Part shown: one piece after another, positions 9,978-19,752 of the stretch | Numbering within the stretch: position 1 is the stretch's first letter | Layout of the letters: each line of letters starts with the position of its first letter | Assembly: GCA_041750285.1 (NCBI GenBank) | Contig: JBGSZS010000018.1 | Location: forward strand, 288,001 to 352,000 | DNA from: Candidatus Fermentibacteraceae bacterium | GTDB lineage: Bacteria > Fermentibacterota > Fermentibacteria > Fermentibacterales > JCC-6 | Length of the DNA stretch: 64,000 nucleotides | Direction: 5' to 3' | Notes under the pieces: generated by a model | Database searches by the model: none | The model's input: only the letters and a program-made list of their open reading frames with translations | Told to the model about the DNA's origin: nothing | Made by a program: the position numbers and the translations under genes

Positions 9978-10796
9978 CTAGTAGTTGCTGGTGAAGACGG
10001 TGACGTCGGCCATGGTCTGGTATTCGTACTGGAAGCTGACCATGGTTCCGTTCTGGCTGATGGGCTCGGGGGCGATCGCGAGGTCGAACATCTTCACGTA
10101 GTAGACTTCCCCGCCCGTGAAGGGAAGCGCGCAGAACACTGCGCTGTCGGACGCGTAGAGCTGGTAGCTCTCGTACCAGGTGCCGGTGCCGTACTGGTTG
10201 CAGTAACCGTAGGCGCCGGCGGGGTCGGCCATGTATGTGGGGTTGCCGTTGCCGAACTGGCCGTAGGCACCGGAGAAGAGCCAGACCTCGGAGTCACCCT
10301 TGCTGAGGTCGTAGGCGTAGATGTCCTGCACGAAGCCGGTCTGGCTGGCGAAACCGGTCTGACCGCCCGTGGGGCCGAATATGAAGCCGCTGTGATACTC
10401 TGCGGGGGCGTAGTTGTCGTAGATGGTGTATACAGTGGTGATGATGTTGGGCAGGGTGTTGACCTCGGTGGCGTAGCCCTCGGAGGTGTTTTCGCCCTCG
10501 TAGGCCATGACGGTGTAGTAACCCGCGGCCATTGCGGTGTGGGTGTATGTGGTCGTGGCGACGTCGCCGACCTCGGCCCAGGAGCCGCCGGTGGTTTCGC
10601 GGAAGTAGACCCTGTAGCCGTCCACGCCTTCGACTGCGGACCAGGTGAGAACGATGCTGTTACCGGCGCTGGCTGCACCGATGGCGAGGTCCTGAACGAT
10701 AGGAAGGTCGCCTTCCGGGCCCTCGGGGTCGTCACCGGCGCAGCCCGACATAACGATCATGCCAAGCACCAATGCGGAAACAAGAAGCTTTTTCAC
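9978..10796 (-). CDS. Lipoprotein with an N-terminal FN3-like domain (paralog of 48374..49135)
   Basis: Lipobox MSGC; LTWSAVEGVDGYRVY...YYTVMAY FN3 pattern. Confidence 0.75.
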   Translation of the reverse strand: MKKLLVSALVLGMIVMSGCAGDDPEGPEGDLPIVQDLAIGAASAGNSIVLTWSAVEGVDGYRVYFRETTGGSWAEVGDVATTTYTHTAMAAGYYTVMAYEGENTSEGYATEVNTLPNIITTVYTIYDNYAPAEYHSGFIFGPTGGQTGFASQTGFVQDIYAYDLSKGDSEVWLFSGAYGQFGNGNPTYMADPAGAYGYCNQYGTGTWYESYQLYASDSAVFCALPFTGGEVYYVKMFDLAIAPEPISQNGTMVSFQYEYQTMADVTVFTSNY

Positions 10797-10857
10797 GTTT
10801 TCCCCTTTCTCTGGAGATGGAAGCGCACGCTTCCCATGTTGCCATAATATGCACGTT

Positions 10858-13263
10858 TCACTGCCTTGTCAAACCACCCCCGGCTTCATCCAGGAGTTCA
10901 ATTGCGCGGCACGCCGCGCTTCGAACATCCAGTTCAGAGTCTTCGGAAAGGGTTTCCAGCACTGACCGGGCCGACTGCGACCCGATCAGACCAAGGCTCA
11001 CCGCGGTCTCCCTTCGCACAAGGCTGCTTTCCCAACCGGCGAATGGCAGCAGGACCGGAACCGAAGCTTCCGAGCCGATACCCCCAAGCGCCCTGATAAC
11101 GGTGACCATTCTGCCCGTGGGCAGCGTGTCTGAAAGAAGCCCCTCTATGACCGGTCTCGCCTCGTCCATGCCAACCTCGCCAAGCCATGACACAGTGTTG
11201 GAGAACCGCCTCCCCGAAAGCTCCCCCCCCTCCAGAAGGCCCAGAAGCGATGAGAGGGAAGTGCTCCGGTTGCCTTTCAGTACCGCGATGATGGCCCTGT
11301 GTTCCAGGCCGTCCCACGAGTCGGGGTGCTCCGTCAGAACGTAGGCGACCGCTTCATCCCCGCGGGCAACCATCTCCTCCAGGTGAGCGGTGACCCTGTC
11401 CGCATTCCCCCCCACACCCCATTCCGAGGCAACGCTGAAAAGCGAGTCGAGGTCGAGTGACGCCGGGTCGCCCACCGGCTCGATGAACTCCGGGTCCACA
11501 GGTGATACTGCCGGAAGGTCGGCCCCGGCGGAGTACTCCGCGCCCCATGCCGTGGAGTCATCTCCCGCCCCGAGGTACCGGTCGTCGTCAGCCATGGAAA
11601 GGAACAGCCCGCTTCCCGAGGAACCCCTGGCCCATGTGGCCTGCCCCTGTCCGAGGTTTCTCACGGCGAACAGGTCGTTTCCACCCATATCTGCGAATAC
11701 GGCGGCGGAGTTGGTGAGTGCAAGGCCCTGACCCCCGTCGGTGACGAAGACGTCGCTGCCTTCCCCGTCAAAAAGAAAACCTGTGGAAAGGTCGTGTGCG
11801 CTGCCCTGCGCAGGGCCGTTCCGTGAAATGAACTGGTCATCGCCGGAAAGGTCGAGAAGCACGCCGGCGGAAAGGTGGATGCCCGTTCCCTGCGAATACT
11901 GTGCCGCCGAGTAGACGTCCTGTCCCCCCTCGTCGACCAGGATGCCCAGCGCGTACCAGTACGAGCAGCCCTGGCCGAAAACCTCGGCCCTGTATGTATC
12001 GTTGCCTTCACCGCAGTCCAGCAGTGCTCCGATGCCGCCCGCGATGAAGGGCCTGAGCCCCATGCCGAACCCCTGGCTCATCGCCCTGTTGTCCCTGGGA
12101 AGAAGCGGCTCGTGGGGAAAGCAGAATCCCGCCATGTACACGTCGTGGCCTTCGCTGTCGACGAGTTCGCCCTGTCCCCCGGGTCCGCCGAAGCCCTGAC
12201 CGTACGAGGCAACCCTTCTCATGTCGTCCCCCGAAGCATCCACGAGAAGACCGCTGCCCAGCGTTCCTGCCCCTTGTGCGTGAATCGCTGCCTGAAAGAT
12301 GTCGTCGCCCGCAAGGTCCGCCAGGATGCCACGGCCCATCATGCCGCTGCCCTGCGACATCCCCGAAGCCCGCCAGGTGTCGTCACCCTCCATGTCCACC
12401 ACGCATGCGAAGCCCAGAACGGCGCCGCCCTGCGCCACGGGGCAGTTCACCGATTCCCATGTGTCGTTGCCGGCCCGGTCGACCACCATGGTCACGAACC
12501 CGCGTCCGGCGGCACCCACCACTCCACCCACACCCGGTCCGTAGAAGTCGTCCCCGCCAAGGTCGACGATGAGGGCGAAGGGGCAATCCCCAAGGTAGCG
12601 GTTGGGGCCGGTTCCCCCGACTACCCAGGAAACGGGGTCTTCGAGCGACCAGGCGGCCACGTCGCCCTCGATGCCGGGAAGGCTGGCCGGAATGCATGAA
12701 GTGCCGAGCCACCGGTCCGGTGACGACACCGCCAGTGCAATGATGTCCGAAACGTTGGCCGCGGGTGTTCCGGGCCACTTCTGAAGCATCAGCGACAGTG
12801 TCTCGGGGTGCATTTCATAATACTCCCACGGAACGGCGCGGCCCCGGCAGGAGAACACCGCCCCCCACTCCATTCCGGGAAGGACCGTGTCCGTCTCTGC
12901 CCAGAGCGACCCGAGCACCAGGGAGAGCGAATCGGCAAGTTCCGCCCCCATTCCTTCGAACACGGTCTCGAACCTCCGGTTTTCGGCCCGGAGGAACTCG
13001 AGCAGTCCGTCAAAGCCGCCGCCCGGCCCGGAGGGCTGCGCGATGGTGCGGCACGTTTCCAGCCGTTCGAATGCCACTTCAGGCAGCAGCCAAACGTCAT
13101 CGAGAACGGACAGTACGAGCGAATCGGGCATGGCCACCGTTGTGGACCAATGCCTTTCGAAGTTCATCGAGGAAAGCGTCATTCCCAGGGGCAGAAGCGC
13201 CTGTTCAGCGGCTGTTGTCACCTCCGGGGGAAGCAGCATCAGAAGAACTGCGGCAAAGGACAT
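10858..13263 (-). CDS. Exported protein with about 10 Gly-rich 'L.D..G.D.Y....QG.G' repeats and C-terminal HEAT repeats
   Basis: Repeats visible in translation; VIRALGGIG, VRRETAVSLG, VRSAACRAI; GGAGG before ATG 13263. Confidence 0.8.
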   Translation of the reverse strand: MSFAAVLLMLLPPEVTTAAEQALLPLGMTLSSMNFERHWSTTVAMPDSLVLSVLDDVWLLPEVAFERLETCRTIAQPSGPGGGFDGLLEFLRAENRRFETVFEGMGAELADSLSLVLGSLWAETDTVLPGMEWGAVFSCRGRAVPWEYYEMHPETLSLMLQKWPGTPAANVSDIIALAVSSPDRWLGTSCIPASLPGIEGDVAAWSLEDPVSWVVGGTGPNRYLGDCPFALIVDLGGDDFYGPGVGGVVGAAGRGFVTMVVDRAGNDTWESVNCPVAQGGAVLGFACVVDMEGDDTWRASGMSQGSGMMGRGILADLAGDDIFQAAIHAQGAGTLGSGLLVDASGDDMRRVASYGQGFGGPGGQGELVDSEGHDVYMAGFCFPHEPLLPRDNRAMSQGFGMGLRPFIAGGIGALLDCGEGNDTYRAEVFGQGCSYWYALGILVDEGGQDVYSAAQYSQGTGIHLSAGVLLDLSGDDQFISRNGPAQGSAHDLSTGFLFDGEGSDVFVTDGGQGLALTNSAAVFADMGGNDLFAVRNLGQGQATWARGSSGSGLFLSMADDDRYLGAGDDSTAWGAEYSAGADLPAVSPVDPEFIEPVGDPASLDLDSLFSVASEWGVGGNADRVTAHLEEMVARGDEAVAYVLTEHPDSWDGLEHRAIIAVLKGNRSTSLSSLLGLLEGGELSGRRFSNTVSWLGEVGMDEARPVIEGLLSDTLPTGRMVTVIRALGGIGSEASVPVLLPFAGWESSLVRRETAVSLGLIGSQSARSVLETLSEDSELDVRSAACRAIELLDEAGGGLTRQ

Positions 13264-14884
13264 CTCTACCTCCATGCACGGGATGGGAAACTATTCTCCC
13301 GGAAAGTTCCGGTGTCCACAAGCCAAGCCCCGCCATGGAGAACGATGCGGCAACGCAAAGCGCAAGCGAGGCCCAGACCCACCACGGGAGGTGAAGGAAT
13401 AGCCCCTCGGGAAGGGCGGGCAGGCTCAGTCCCCACCCAAGAAGCATGATGACACCGGGAAACACAAGACGCCTGAAGGGAAAGTGCGCCCTCACAAGCC
13501 TCTCGGAACCGTCGGGAAGGAGAAGGCTTGCCGCGATGAAGGCGATGGAGGCTCCCGACACGACGAACACCACGGGAAGCGTGAAAGCGGTCTTAAAAAC
13601 CCCCAGATGGAAGAGCGCAGTGAGAATCACACCGGCCGTGATCCCCGAAAGGGCTCCGGCACCGGATGCCTTCCTCCAGTACAGAGTGCCCAGATAGACC
13701 GGAAACAGCGCGGCGAGCCCCGTGAAGGTCTCCCGCGCAAGGACAAGGAAGGATTCGGGAGGCCTGAACGAAAGCAGAAGCCCCCCCGCAGCAAGTACCA
13801 GTACCAGTGCCTTGCCAGCCCAGCGGGGCGCCTGTCTGCCGGAGAGGGGCTCCCAAACGTCACGGGTGAACATTGATGAGAGGGTGAGAAGCTGGGAGTC
13901 CATCGTGGACATGAGGGCTGCGAGCCCCGCGGTCACCAGCAGCGACTCAAGAACCCCCGGACACGCCCTGGCCAGCAGCATCGGCAGGATGCGGTCGACA
14001 CCCGCCCCCTCGGGAAGCTCCGGTATCCAGTGCCTTGCGATCACTCCCAGCGTGACGGGTATGAGGAACAGCACACCGGTGACAAGCGGGTACATCCTGG
14101 CGGACAGTGCGAGCGACCGGCGTCCCGACGCGGCGAAGAAACGCTGGAAGAGCTGCGGGAACATGGGGTCGGCCCATAGCCACAAAAGCATGTAGCCCAG
14201 CCAGATTCCCGGCGAATAAGCCGCGCTTCTGCTGAAAAGTCCGGGATGGGAAACAGCCAGTCCCTGAAAAAGTGTGGCCCCACCCCCCCGGATAAGCAGG
14301 ACGAGAAGCACGACACCCATGAGAAGCGGCATGAGGAGCCCCTGAAAGCAGTCGGTGAGGGCCACGCCCCGGAGGCCGGACCGGAACGTGTAAAGGACCA
14401 TGACAAGAACCGTAAGGGATGCCCCCGTGGCGTACCTGATGCCGAAGAGGCTTTCCAGGGCGTATCCGGCGGCCATGGGCTGCATGGCCAGGTAGGGAAG
14501 CGTGAGGGCTGCCATGACGGCGAAAGACGCCGTCCCCACTGCCCTTCCGCCATACCGGGCCCTCAGCACCTCCGACGGACTGACGAGTCTTCGGGCTTTC
14601 CCAAGACCGTGCACGGGCAGCCCGAGAACGATGAACATGGCCGCCATTAAACCTGTTCCAAGAGCCATCTGCGGGTAGTACTGGAATCCCGTTGAGTACC
14701 CCTGCCCACTGAAGCCGAACACGGTGAAGGCACTGAAATTGGTTGCGGAGAGGGTGAGGAGCGTCACGACCGGGGAGAGCTTCCGTGAAGCCAGGAAGTA
14801 GGCTTCATCCCCTTTTTCTGCGCCCTTCCGGGCAAGCCAGCCCAGGGCGAGAAGAACGACAAGGTAAAGTGAAACGATGATCAC
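13205..14884 (-). CDS. Sodium:solute symporter (SSS; PanF/PutP-like)
   Basis: YFLASR, ATNFSAFTVFG, GLRGVALTD..QG, PQLFQRFFAA, LAALMSTMDSQLL. Confidence 0.92.
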   Translation of the reverse strand: MIIVSLYLVVLLALGWLARKGAEKGDEAYFLASRKLSPVVTLLTLSATNFSAFTVFGFSGQGYSTGFQYYPQMALGTGLMAAMFIVLGLPVHGLGKARRLVSPSEVLRARYGGRAVGTASFAVMAALTLPYLAMQPMAAGYALESLFGIRYATGASLTVLVMVLYTFRSGLRGVALTDCFQGLLMPLLMGVVLLVLLIRGGGATLFQGLAVSHPGLFSRSAAYSPGIWLGYMLLWLWADPMFPQLFQRFFAASGRRSLALSARMYPLVTGVLFLIPVTLGVIARHWIPELPEGAGVDRILPMLLARACPGVLESLLVTAGLAALMSTMDSQLLTLSSMFTRDVWEPLSGRQAPRWAGKALVLVLAAGGLLLSFRPPESFLVLARETFTGLAALFPVYLGTLYWRKASGAGALSGITAGVILTALFHLGVFKTAFTLPVVFVVSGASIAFIAASLLLPDGSERLVRAHFPFRRLVFPGVIMLLGWGLSLPALPEGLFLHLPWWVWASLALCVAASFSMAGLGLWTPELSGRIVSHPVHGGRDVLCRSSSDAASPGGDNSR

Positions 14885-14976
14885 TGCATTCCTCCCTGAA
14901 GTTTTCGGTCAGGCTGGGTGGCCTTCAGGGAGGCCTGACATGCCTGGACGCGCCGAATATAACCCCATAGTTTACC

Positions 14977-15060
14977 GCAAGGATTGGGGGTGGCCTCCCG
15001 GGGCCTGAGAACATACCCTTGGAACTTGAACGGATTAGCATCCGCGGAAGGAAATCCTGC
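14977..15060 (+). ncRNA. TPP riboswitch
   Basis: GGGGUG..CUGAGA..AUACCC..GAACUUGA..CGGAU-UAGC-AUCCG-CGGAAGG, closed by P1 GCAAGGAUU/AAUCCUGC; upstream of thiM; CTGACA-17-TATAAC promoter at 14935-14963. Confidence 0.93.
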
Positions 15061-15083
15061 CGCACGGAATTGGAAGGCAACCC

Positions 15084-15887
15084 ATGAAAGCACTGCCCGA
15101 TTTCCCCGGACTCGCGGGGCTTGTCCGCGAGCGGCGTCCGCTCGTCCACCACATCACGAACGATGTCGTGAACAACCTCACGGCAAACATCACCCTCGCT
15201 CTGGGCGCCTCGCCGGTAATGGCGCCCTGCATCCTCGAATCACCGGAAATGGTAGCCCATGCGGGTGCGCTCGTCCTCAACATCGGCACCCTGAACCCTG
15301 AACTGGTGGGGAGCATGAAGGCTGCGGGGACCGAAGCGGCGCGACTGGGAATCCCGATCATCTTCGACCCGGTGGGCGTGGGGGCAACCACCTTCCGCAC
15401 GAGGGTCGGCCTTGAGATTATGAAAGAGCTCAGGATAGCCGTGATCCGGGGCAACGCCGGCGAGGTACTTGGTCTGGCGGGTGCACAGGGTGCCGTGAGG
15501 GGAGTCGACTCGCTGGACAGCAGCGCAGGCCGGGAAGCATTCCTTCAGGATCACGCCCGCAAAACCGGCTCCGTGATCGCGGTTACCGGGGCCGAAGACT
15601 TCATCACCGACGGAATCCGGTGGGCGAGGTGCGGAAACGGCCACAGGACAATGGGCAGGGTGACCGGGACCGGGTGCGGCGCCACAACAGCCGTCGCGTG
15701 TTTCGCTGCAGCGGGGATACCCCCGTTCGATGCCACCCTTGCGGGGCTTGTCACCTACGCTCTCGCCGGTGAGGTGGCGGGAGGGAAGGCATCCGGCCCG
15801 GGAAGTTTCGTTCCCCTGTTCATCGACGCCCTGGCGGACCCCGATTCCCTGCCGTGGGACTCGGTGCGTCTGGAAACCGGCCCGTGA
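15084..15887 (+). CDS. thiM: Hydroxyethylthiazole kinase
   Basis: PLVHHITNDV, GASPVMA, NIGTL, DPVGVGAT, RGNAGE, VTGTGC. Confidence 0.97.
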   Translation: MKALPDFPGLAGLVRERRPLVHHITNDVVNNLTANITLALGASPVMAPCILESPEMVAHAGALVLNIGTLNPELVGSMKAAGTEAARLGIPIIFDPVGVGATTFRTRVGLEIMKELRIAVIRGNAGEVLGLAGAQGAVRGVDSLDSSAGREAFLQDHARKTGSVIAVTGAEDFITDGIRWARCGNGHRTMGRVTGTGCGATTAVACFAAAGIPPFDATLAGLVTYALAGEVAGGKASGPGSFVPLFIDALADPDSLPWDSVRLETGP

Positions 15888-16516
15888 GAACCGGTCTTCG
15901 GGACGCCCTAAGGCTTTACCTGGTCACAGACCCCGTGATGTGCGGCCCCCGTTGCGTGCTCGAGGTATGCGGGAAAGCGCTGACCGCAGGTGTGGGCTTC
16001 CTTCAACTCCGTGACAAGACCGCGTCGACACGTGAGCTCCTCGAACAGGCGAAAGCCATGGTCCGCATGTCGAACGATCATCAAACCGTCTTCGTGGTGA
16101 ATGACAGGGTCGATGTGGCGATGGCATCCGGCGCCCACGGAGTTCATCTGGGCGTCGACGACATGCCCGTGGCAACAGCGAGGAGGCTCATGGGACCGGA
16201 AGCGATCATCGGAGCCTCGGTGAGAACACTCGAAGAGGCTGTGGGTGCCTGGAAGGACGGTGCCGACTACCTGGCGGCCAACATCGTCTTTCACACCCCC
16301 ACGAAGCCCGACCCGCGCGAACCACTGGGCCTTTCCGGGGTAACGCTCCTTGCAGGCGCGACCCCCCTGCCCCTTGTGGCAATCGGAGGCATAAACATCT
16401 CGAACGCCCGGAGCGTCATCGATGCGGGGGCAGCCGGAATAGCAGTGGTCTCCGCCATCATGTCCGCCCCCGACCCCGCCTTTGCCGCCCGGCAATTGGG
16501 GAACGCAATACTCTAA
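15884..16516 (+). CDS. thiE: Thiamine-phosphate synthase
   Basis: LYLVTD, QLRDK, NDRVDVA, GVHLG.DD, TPTK, VAIGGI; GTGA overlap with thiM. Confidence 0.96.
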   Translation: MRTGLRDALRLYLVTDPVMCGPRCVLEVCGKALTAGVGFLQLRDKTASTRELLEQAKAMVRMSNDHQTVFVVNDRVDVAMASGAHGVHLGVDDMPVATARRLMGPEAIIGASVRTLEEAVGAWKDGADYLAANIVFHTPTKPDPREPLGLSGVTLLAGATPLPLVAIGGINISNARSVIDAGAAGIAVVSAIMSAPDPAFAARQLGNAIL

Positions 16517-16543
16517 TCCGGGGACGCATTTCCCCCCGGATAC

Positions 16544-16575
16544 AGGGGGGGCGGGATCGCTCCCGCCCCCCCTTT
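16544..16575. terminator. Terminator hairpin between convergent thiE and the OmpA-family gene
   Basis: agggggggcggga-tcgc-tcccgccccccct 13-bp stem followed by tt. Confidence 0.7.
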
Positions 16576-16591
16576 CGAAGATATGCCTGGC

Positions 16592-18508
16592 TCAGCGGCC
16601 CAGGATGATGAACTCGGCCCTCCGGTTCTGTGACCGGTGCGTCTCGTCGGTGTTGGGGGTATCGGGACGGGACTCGCCGTAGCTCACGGTGCCCAGTCTT
16701 GCTTCACCGACGCCCTTGGCGATTAGGTAGTTGCGGACGGCTTCGGCCCTGCGCTCGCCGAGGTTCTGGTTGTAGTTCTCCTCGCCGAGGTCGCAGGTGT
16801 TGCCGGTTATGGTGACGGAAACACCGGGGTTGGCCAGAAGGAACGAGGCGATGTTGTCGAGTGCCGTCCTGGCGTCGCCCCTTATCACATCGCTGTCGAG
16901 GTCGAAGTAGACCTTGTCGAAGTCCACGACGAGATCGAGCTGGAAGTCCTGCGTGACGGAGGCTCCCGCGGGTATCGACACTGTGGCGTTCTCGGACCCG
17001 TAGGCTGCTGCCGAGGCCGTGAGGGTCCTGCTGCCCGATGCCAGTTCCATTGTGTAGAAGCCCTGTGCGTCGGCCTGGGCGGTCACGCTGCCGGAGGTGA
17101 CCGTGGCTGCAAGAGGAAGCCCCGAGGAGGCATCAGTTACGGTTCCGCTGACGGTCCCGGTGGTCTGAACGCGCTCGAGGGGGAAGTCGACCTGGTGGGT
17201 GCCACCCGATACCGCGGCAACCGTCGAACTCATCGGAAGGTAGCCCTCGGCTGAGGCGGTGAGGCCGGTCTCTCCCCTTGAGACCTCGACCGAGTAGACG
17301 CCATCGGCATTGGCGGTCACGGGGCCGACACCGGCCCTGTCGATGCTGACGGTTCCCGGAAGAGCCTGGCCGGTGGCCGCATCGTAGATCCGTCCGCCGA
17401 TGGTGGCCTTTGCGCTCCTGATGTCTCCAACGTAGGTGAAGTTCACGCCGATGCCCATGCTGGGAGCGTACCCACCAGGGAACGGGGCGTAATTGGCCCT
17501 GTCCTCCTCTGTGGGGGTGCCGCCGGCCTGGAAGAGGCTGTGGCCAAGGTCCGACCACTGGGGGTCGAAGGTGGAGAGGGCAAACGTGCCCTTCACGTCA
17601 ACCGCAAGGCCGGTGGTGTTGAAGCGCACGCCCGGGGAGACCTGTATGTGGTCGTCGTAATCCTCGCCGTCGCCTGCGTCGAAGTTCCTGTCAAGGAAGT
17701 GGTTCCACTCGACCTCGGCGAAGAGGGTGGTGGTGCCGATGGGGTACTCGATGCCTGCGCCTGCCCTGAGCACCGGATCGCTGACTTCCATGTCAACGAC
17801 CTCTGTGGCGACTACGTTGTGGTTGGCATCGTACCTCGAGTCGGTGAACTGGAAGGTCTGGTTGAACTGATGGTAGCCGGCGTTGGCGGTAAGCACAACA
17901 GGCCTGAGGTCGAAGGAAGCAAGAAGGTCGGCACCGTAGCTGAAGCTGCCGGCGTTGATCATGGGGCGCCTGAGGCTGAACATGGGCTGACCGTGCTCCC
18001 ATACACCGTCCCAGCCGTCGCCGTTCTCAACGAAGCTGCTGTATCCGCCGTCGTGGATCGAGAAGGCCGCCCAGGGCATGATGCTGAACCAGCTGCCGGT
18101 CGAGGAGGGGTTCACGTTGTACTTCAGGGAAAGCCTCGCCTCGCTGAAACCGTCATCACCCTCCCAGTCGCCGGAGATCTCCGCGCTTTCACTGTCGCGC
18201 TTCATCTGATTCACAAGGTAGGTGACGCTGACACCCATTTCTGCTGCACGGCCGAGGCCCAGACCGGCAATGAAATGGGCTGTTCCATCGAACTCGGTGT
18301 TGGTGATGTCGGTGACCTCACCCGAGAGGACTCCCGTGCGGGTGTCGCTGGAGATCCCGAGATCTGTGAACAGGCCGACGGCAAACTTGCCCGCGCCGAA
18401 CGTCCGGGCATCGGAAATCCTGTTGAGTCCCCGTACACCCCACCATGAAGGAAGGGCGGCGGCTGTTCCCGCAACGAGAACAAGCATGATGAACAGAACA
18501 CTGCGCAA
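16592..18508 (-). CDS. OmpA-family outer membrane protein (N-terminal barrel-like region, two carboxypeptidase-regulatory-like domains, OmpA C-terminal domain)
   Basis: Signal peptide; G.I.DA.TG..L repeats; VYFDLDS, GNTCDLG..YNQNLGERRA, SYGE, NRRAEF. Confidence 0.9.
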   Translation of the reverse strand: MRSVLFIMLVLVAGTAAALPSWWGVRGLNRISDARTFGAGKFAVGLFTDLGISSDTRTGVLSGEVTDITNTEFDGTAHFIAGLGLGRAAEMGVSVTYLVNQMKRDSESAEISGDWEGDDGFSEARLSLKYNVNPSSTGSWFSIMPWAAFSIHDGGYSSFVENGDGWDGVWEHGQPMFSLRRPMINAGSFSYGADLLASFDLRPVVLTANAGYHQFNQTFQFTDSRYDANHNVVATEVVDMEVSDPVLRAGAGIEYPIGTTTLFAEVEWNHFLDRNFDAGDGEDYDDHIQVSPGVRFNTTGLAVDVKGTFALSTFDPQWSDLGHSLFQAGGTPTEEDRANYAPFPGGYAPSMGIGVNFTYVGDIRSAKATIGGRIYDAATGQALPGTVSIDRAGVGPVTANADGVYSVEVSRGETGLTASAEGYLPMSSTVAAVSGGTHQVDFPLERVQTTGTVSGTVTDASSGLPLAATVTSGSVTAQADAQGFYTMELASGSRTLTASAAAYGSENATVSIPAGASVTQDFQLDLVVDFDKVYFDLDSDVIRGDARTALDNIASFLLANPGVSVTITGNTCDLGEENYNQNLGERRAEAVRNYLIAKGVGEARLGTVSYGESRPDTPNTDETHRSQNRRAEFIILGR

Positions 18509-18627
18509 AATCGTTTCCCCTCTCTAAAGTGATATCTGGCAACAACATAGTAATTACATACCAGAATAACGTGTTATTATAGGTCTTGGCATATGTTCTG
18601 TCAAATGAAGGCTTCCGAGGCACCGCA

Positions 18628-19752
18628 TCATGCCGCAGGAATCCTCCCTCCCGGCAGTGTCAGGGTGAACGAGCCGCTGCTGATCCACGATCTGAGAGTT
18701 TCGGCGATCTCAACGGCGCCCGGGCGGCTCGACAGGTTGTAGGAGGGCACTGTTCTGCCCCCCAGATCGATCGAACCCCGGAGAAGGTCGGCGCAGGAAA
18801 CCAGTCCCAGCGTGCCGGGCGAGTTCTCAGGGTAGCTCACACCGTAGTCGACGACCGGTGAGAGTATCATGTCGTCCGAAACACCCGTGAATGCAGCCAT
18901 CTCTTCATCCAGGATCGGGATGGGAACCCCGATTCCCACCATCAGGGAGACACCGTACCCCGCCAACACCACGGGCCGAAGCCACCGTGAGTTCATCCCG
19001 CAAAGATCGCCCCTCACCGAAAGGGTTCCGGCGCCACAGAGAGGCAGGCCTCCCGCCCCGCTCGGAGGTTCGGGGTCGTGCTGAGTCCCGCAGCCCATCA
19101 CATACCCCGTCCCACCGCCGAGGAAGATCCTTGTACCCACTCCGATCGTCCTGAAGAAGGGGTCGTTGAGCATGGGCGAGTACTCGCCCGCGCTGGAGAA
19201 ACCCGCGTTGCCCAGATGGGGCCGCAGCGTTCCAAGGTAAGTCCTTATGGTCCTCCCGGTGGTGTTAACGGCAACGTTGTAGTTCTGGTACGCGTTGCGG
19301 AAGTTGAAGAGCTCCGCGCTCCTGAAATCGGGAAGAGCCATGGTCATGTCCATCGTCTTCCTGGGATAGCAGTCCGAACCGTGGCCGGACCCGGTGAGCC
19401 TCACCCTGTCCCCCCGCACGAGATCATGGATAACGTGCGCACCACCGTAGTCTTCCCTTTCCCCCCTGGCGGTCGCGCCAAGGAACAGGTCGACCGCCGC
19501 TATGCCGGCGTACGCAGGAACTCCGTTCAGGAAGGCCTCGCGAAAGTTTATCCTCGGGCTCGTGTGACCCGTGTTGAGCAATACACCGCTGGAACACATG
19601 GCGCCGAACGTCGCCGTCGTCACTACATCGACCGCCCTCGCCGCGGCGCCGGCACCCCGTTCCCGAACCAGCAGGGTCATCTCGCCAGCGGTGAGGACCA
19701 CGGCATCTCCCCTGACGATCCTGTCGTTTATCTCTTCAAGGCTTTTCGCCAT
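18628..19752 (-). CDS. Homocysteine biosynthesis protein DUF39 (L-aspartate semialdehyde sulfurtransferase, MA1821-like), no CBS domains
   Basis: KSLEEINDRI..GDAVVLTA, VDVVTTATFGAMCSSG, DCYPR, RNAYQNY, SPMLNDP, GIGVPIPILDE. Confidence 0.92.
   Translation of the reverse strand: MAKSLEEINDRIVRGDAVVLTAGEMTLLVRERGAGAAARAVDVVTTATFGAMCSSGVLLNTGHTSPRINFREAFLNGVPAYAGIAAVDLFLGATARGEREDYGGAHVIHDLVRGDRVRLTGSGHGSDCYPRKTMDMTMALPDFRSAELFNFRNAYQNYNVAVNTTGRTIRTYLGTLRPHLGNAGFSSAGEYSPMLNDPFFRTIGVGTRIFLGGGTGYVMGCGTQHDPEPPSGAGGLPLCGAGTLSVRGDLCGMNSRWLRPVVLAGYGVSLMVGIGVPIPILDEEMAAFTGVSDDMILSPVVDYGVSYPENSPGTLGLVSCADLLRGSIDLGGRTVPSYNLSSRPGAVEIAETLRSWISSGSFTLTLPGGRIPAA

Noticed and set aside
18509..18627. AT-rich patch as foreign DNA
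   Set aside because: Short and located directly upstream of the OmpA-family gene; best explained as its promoter region.
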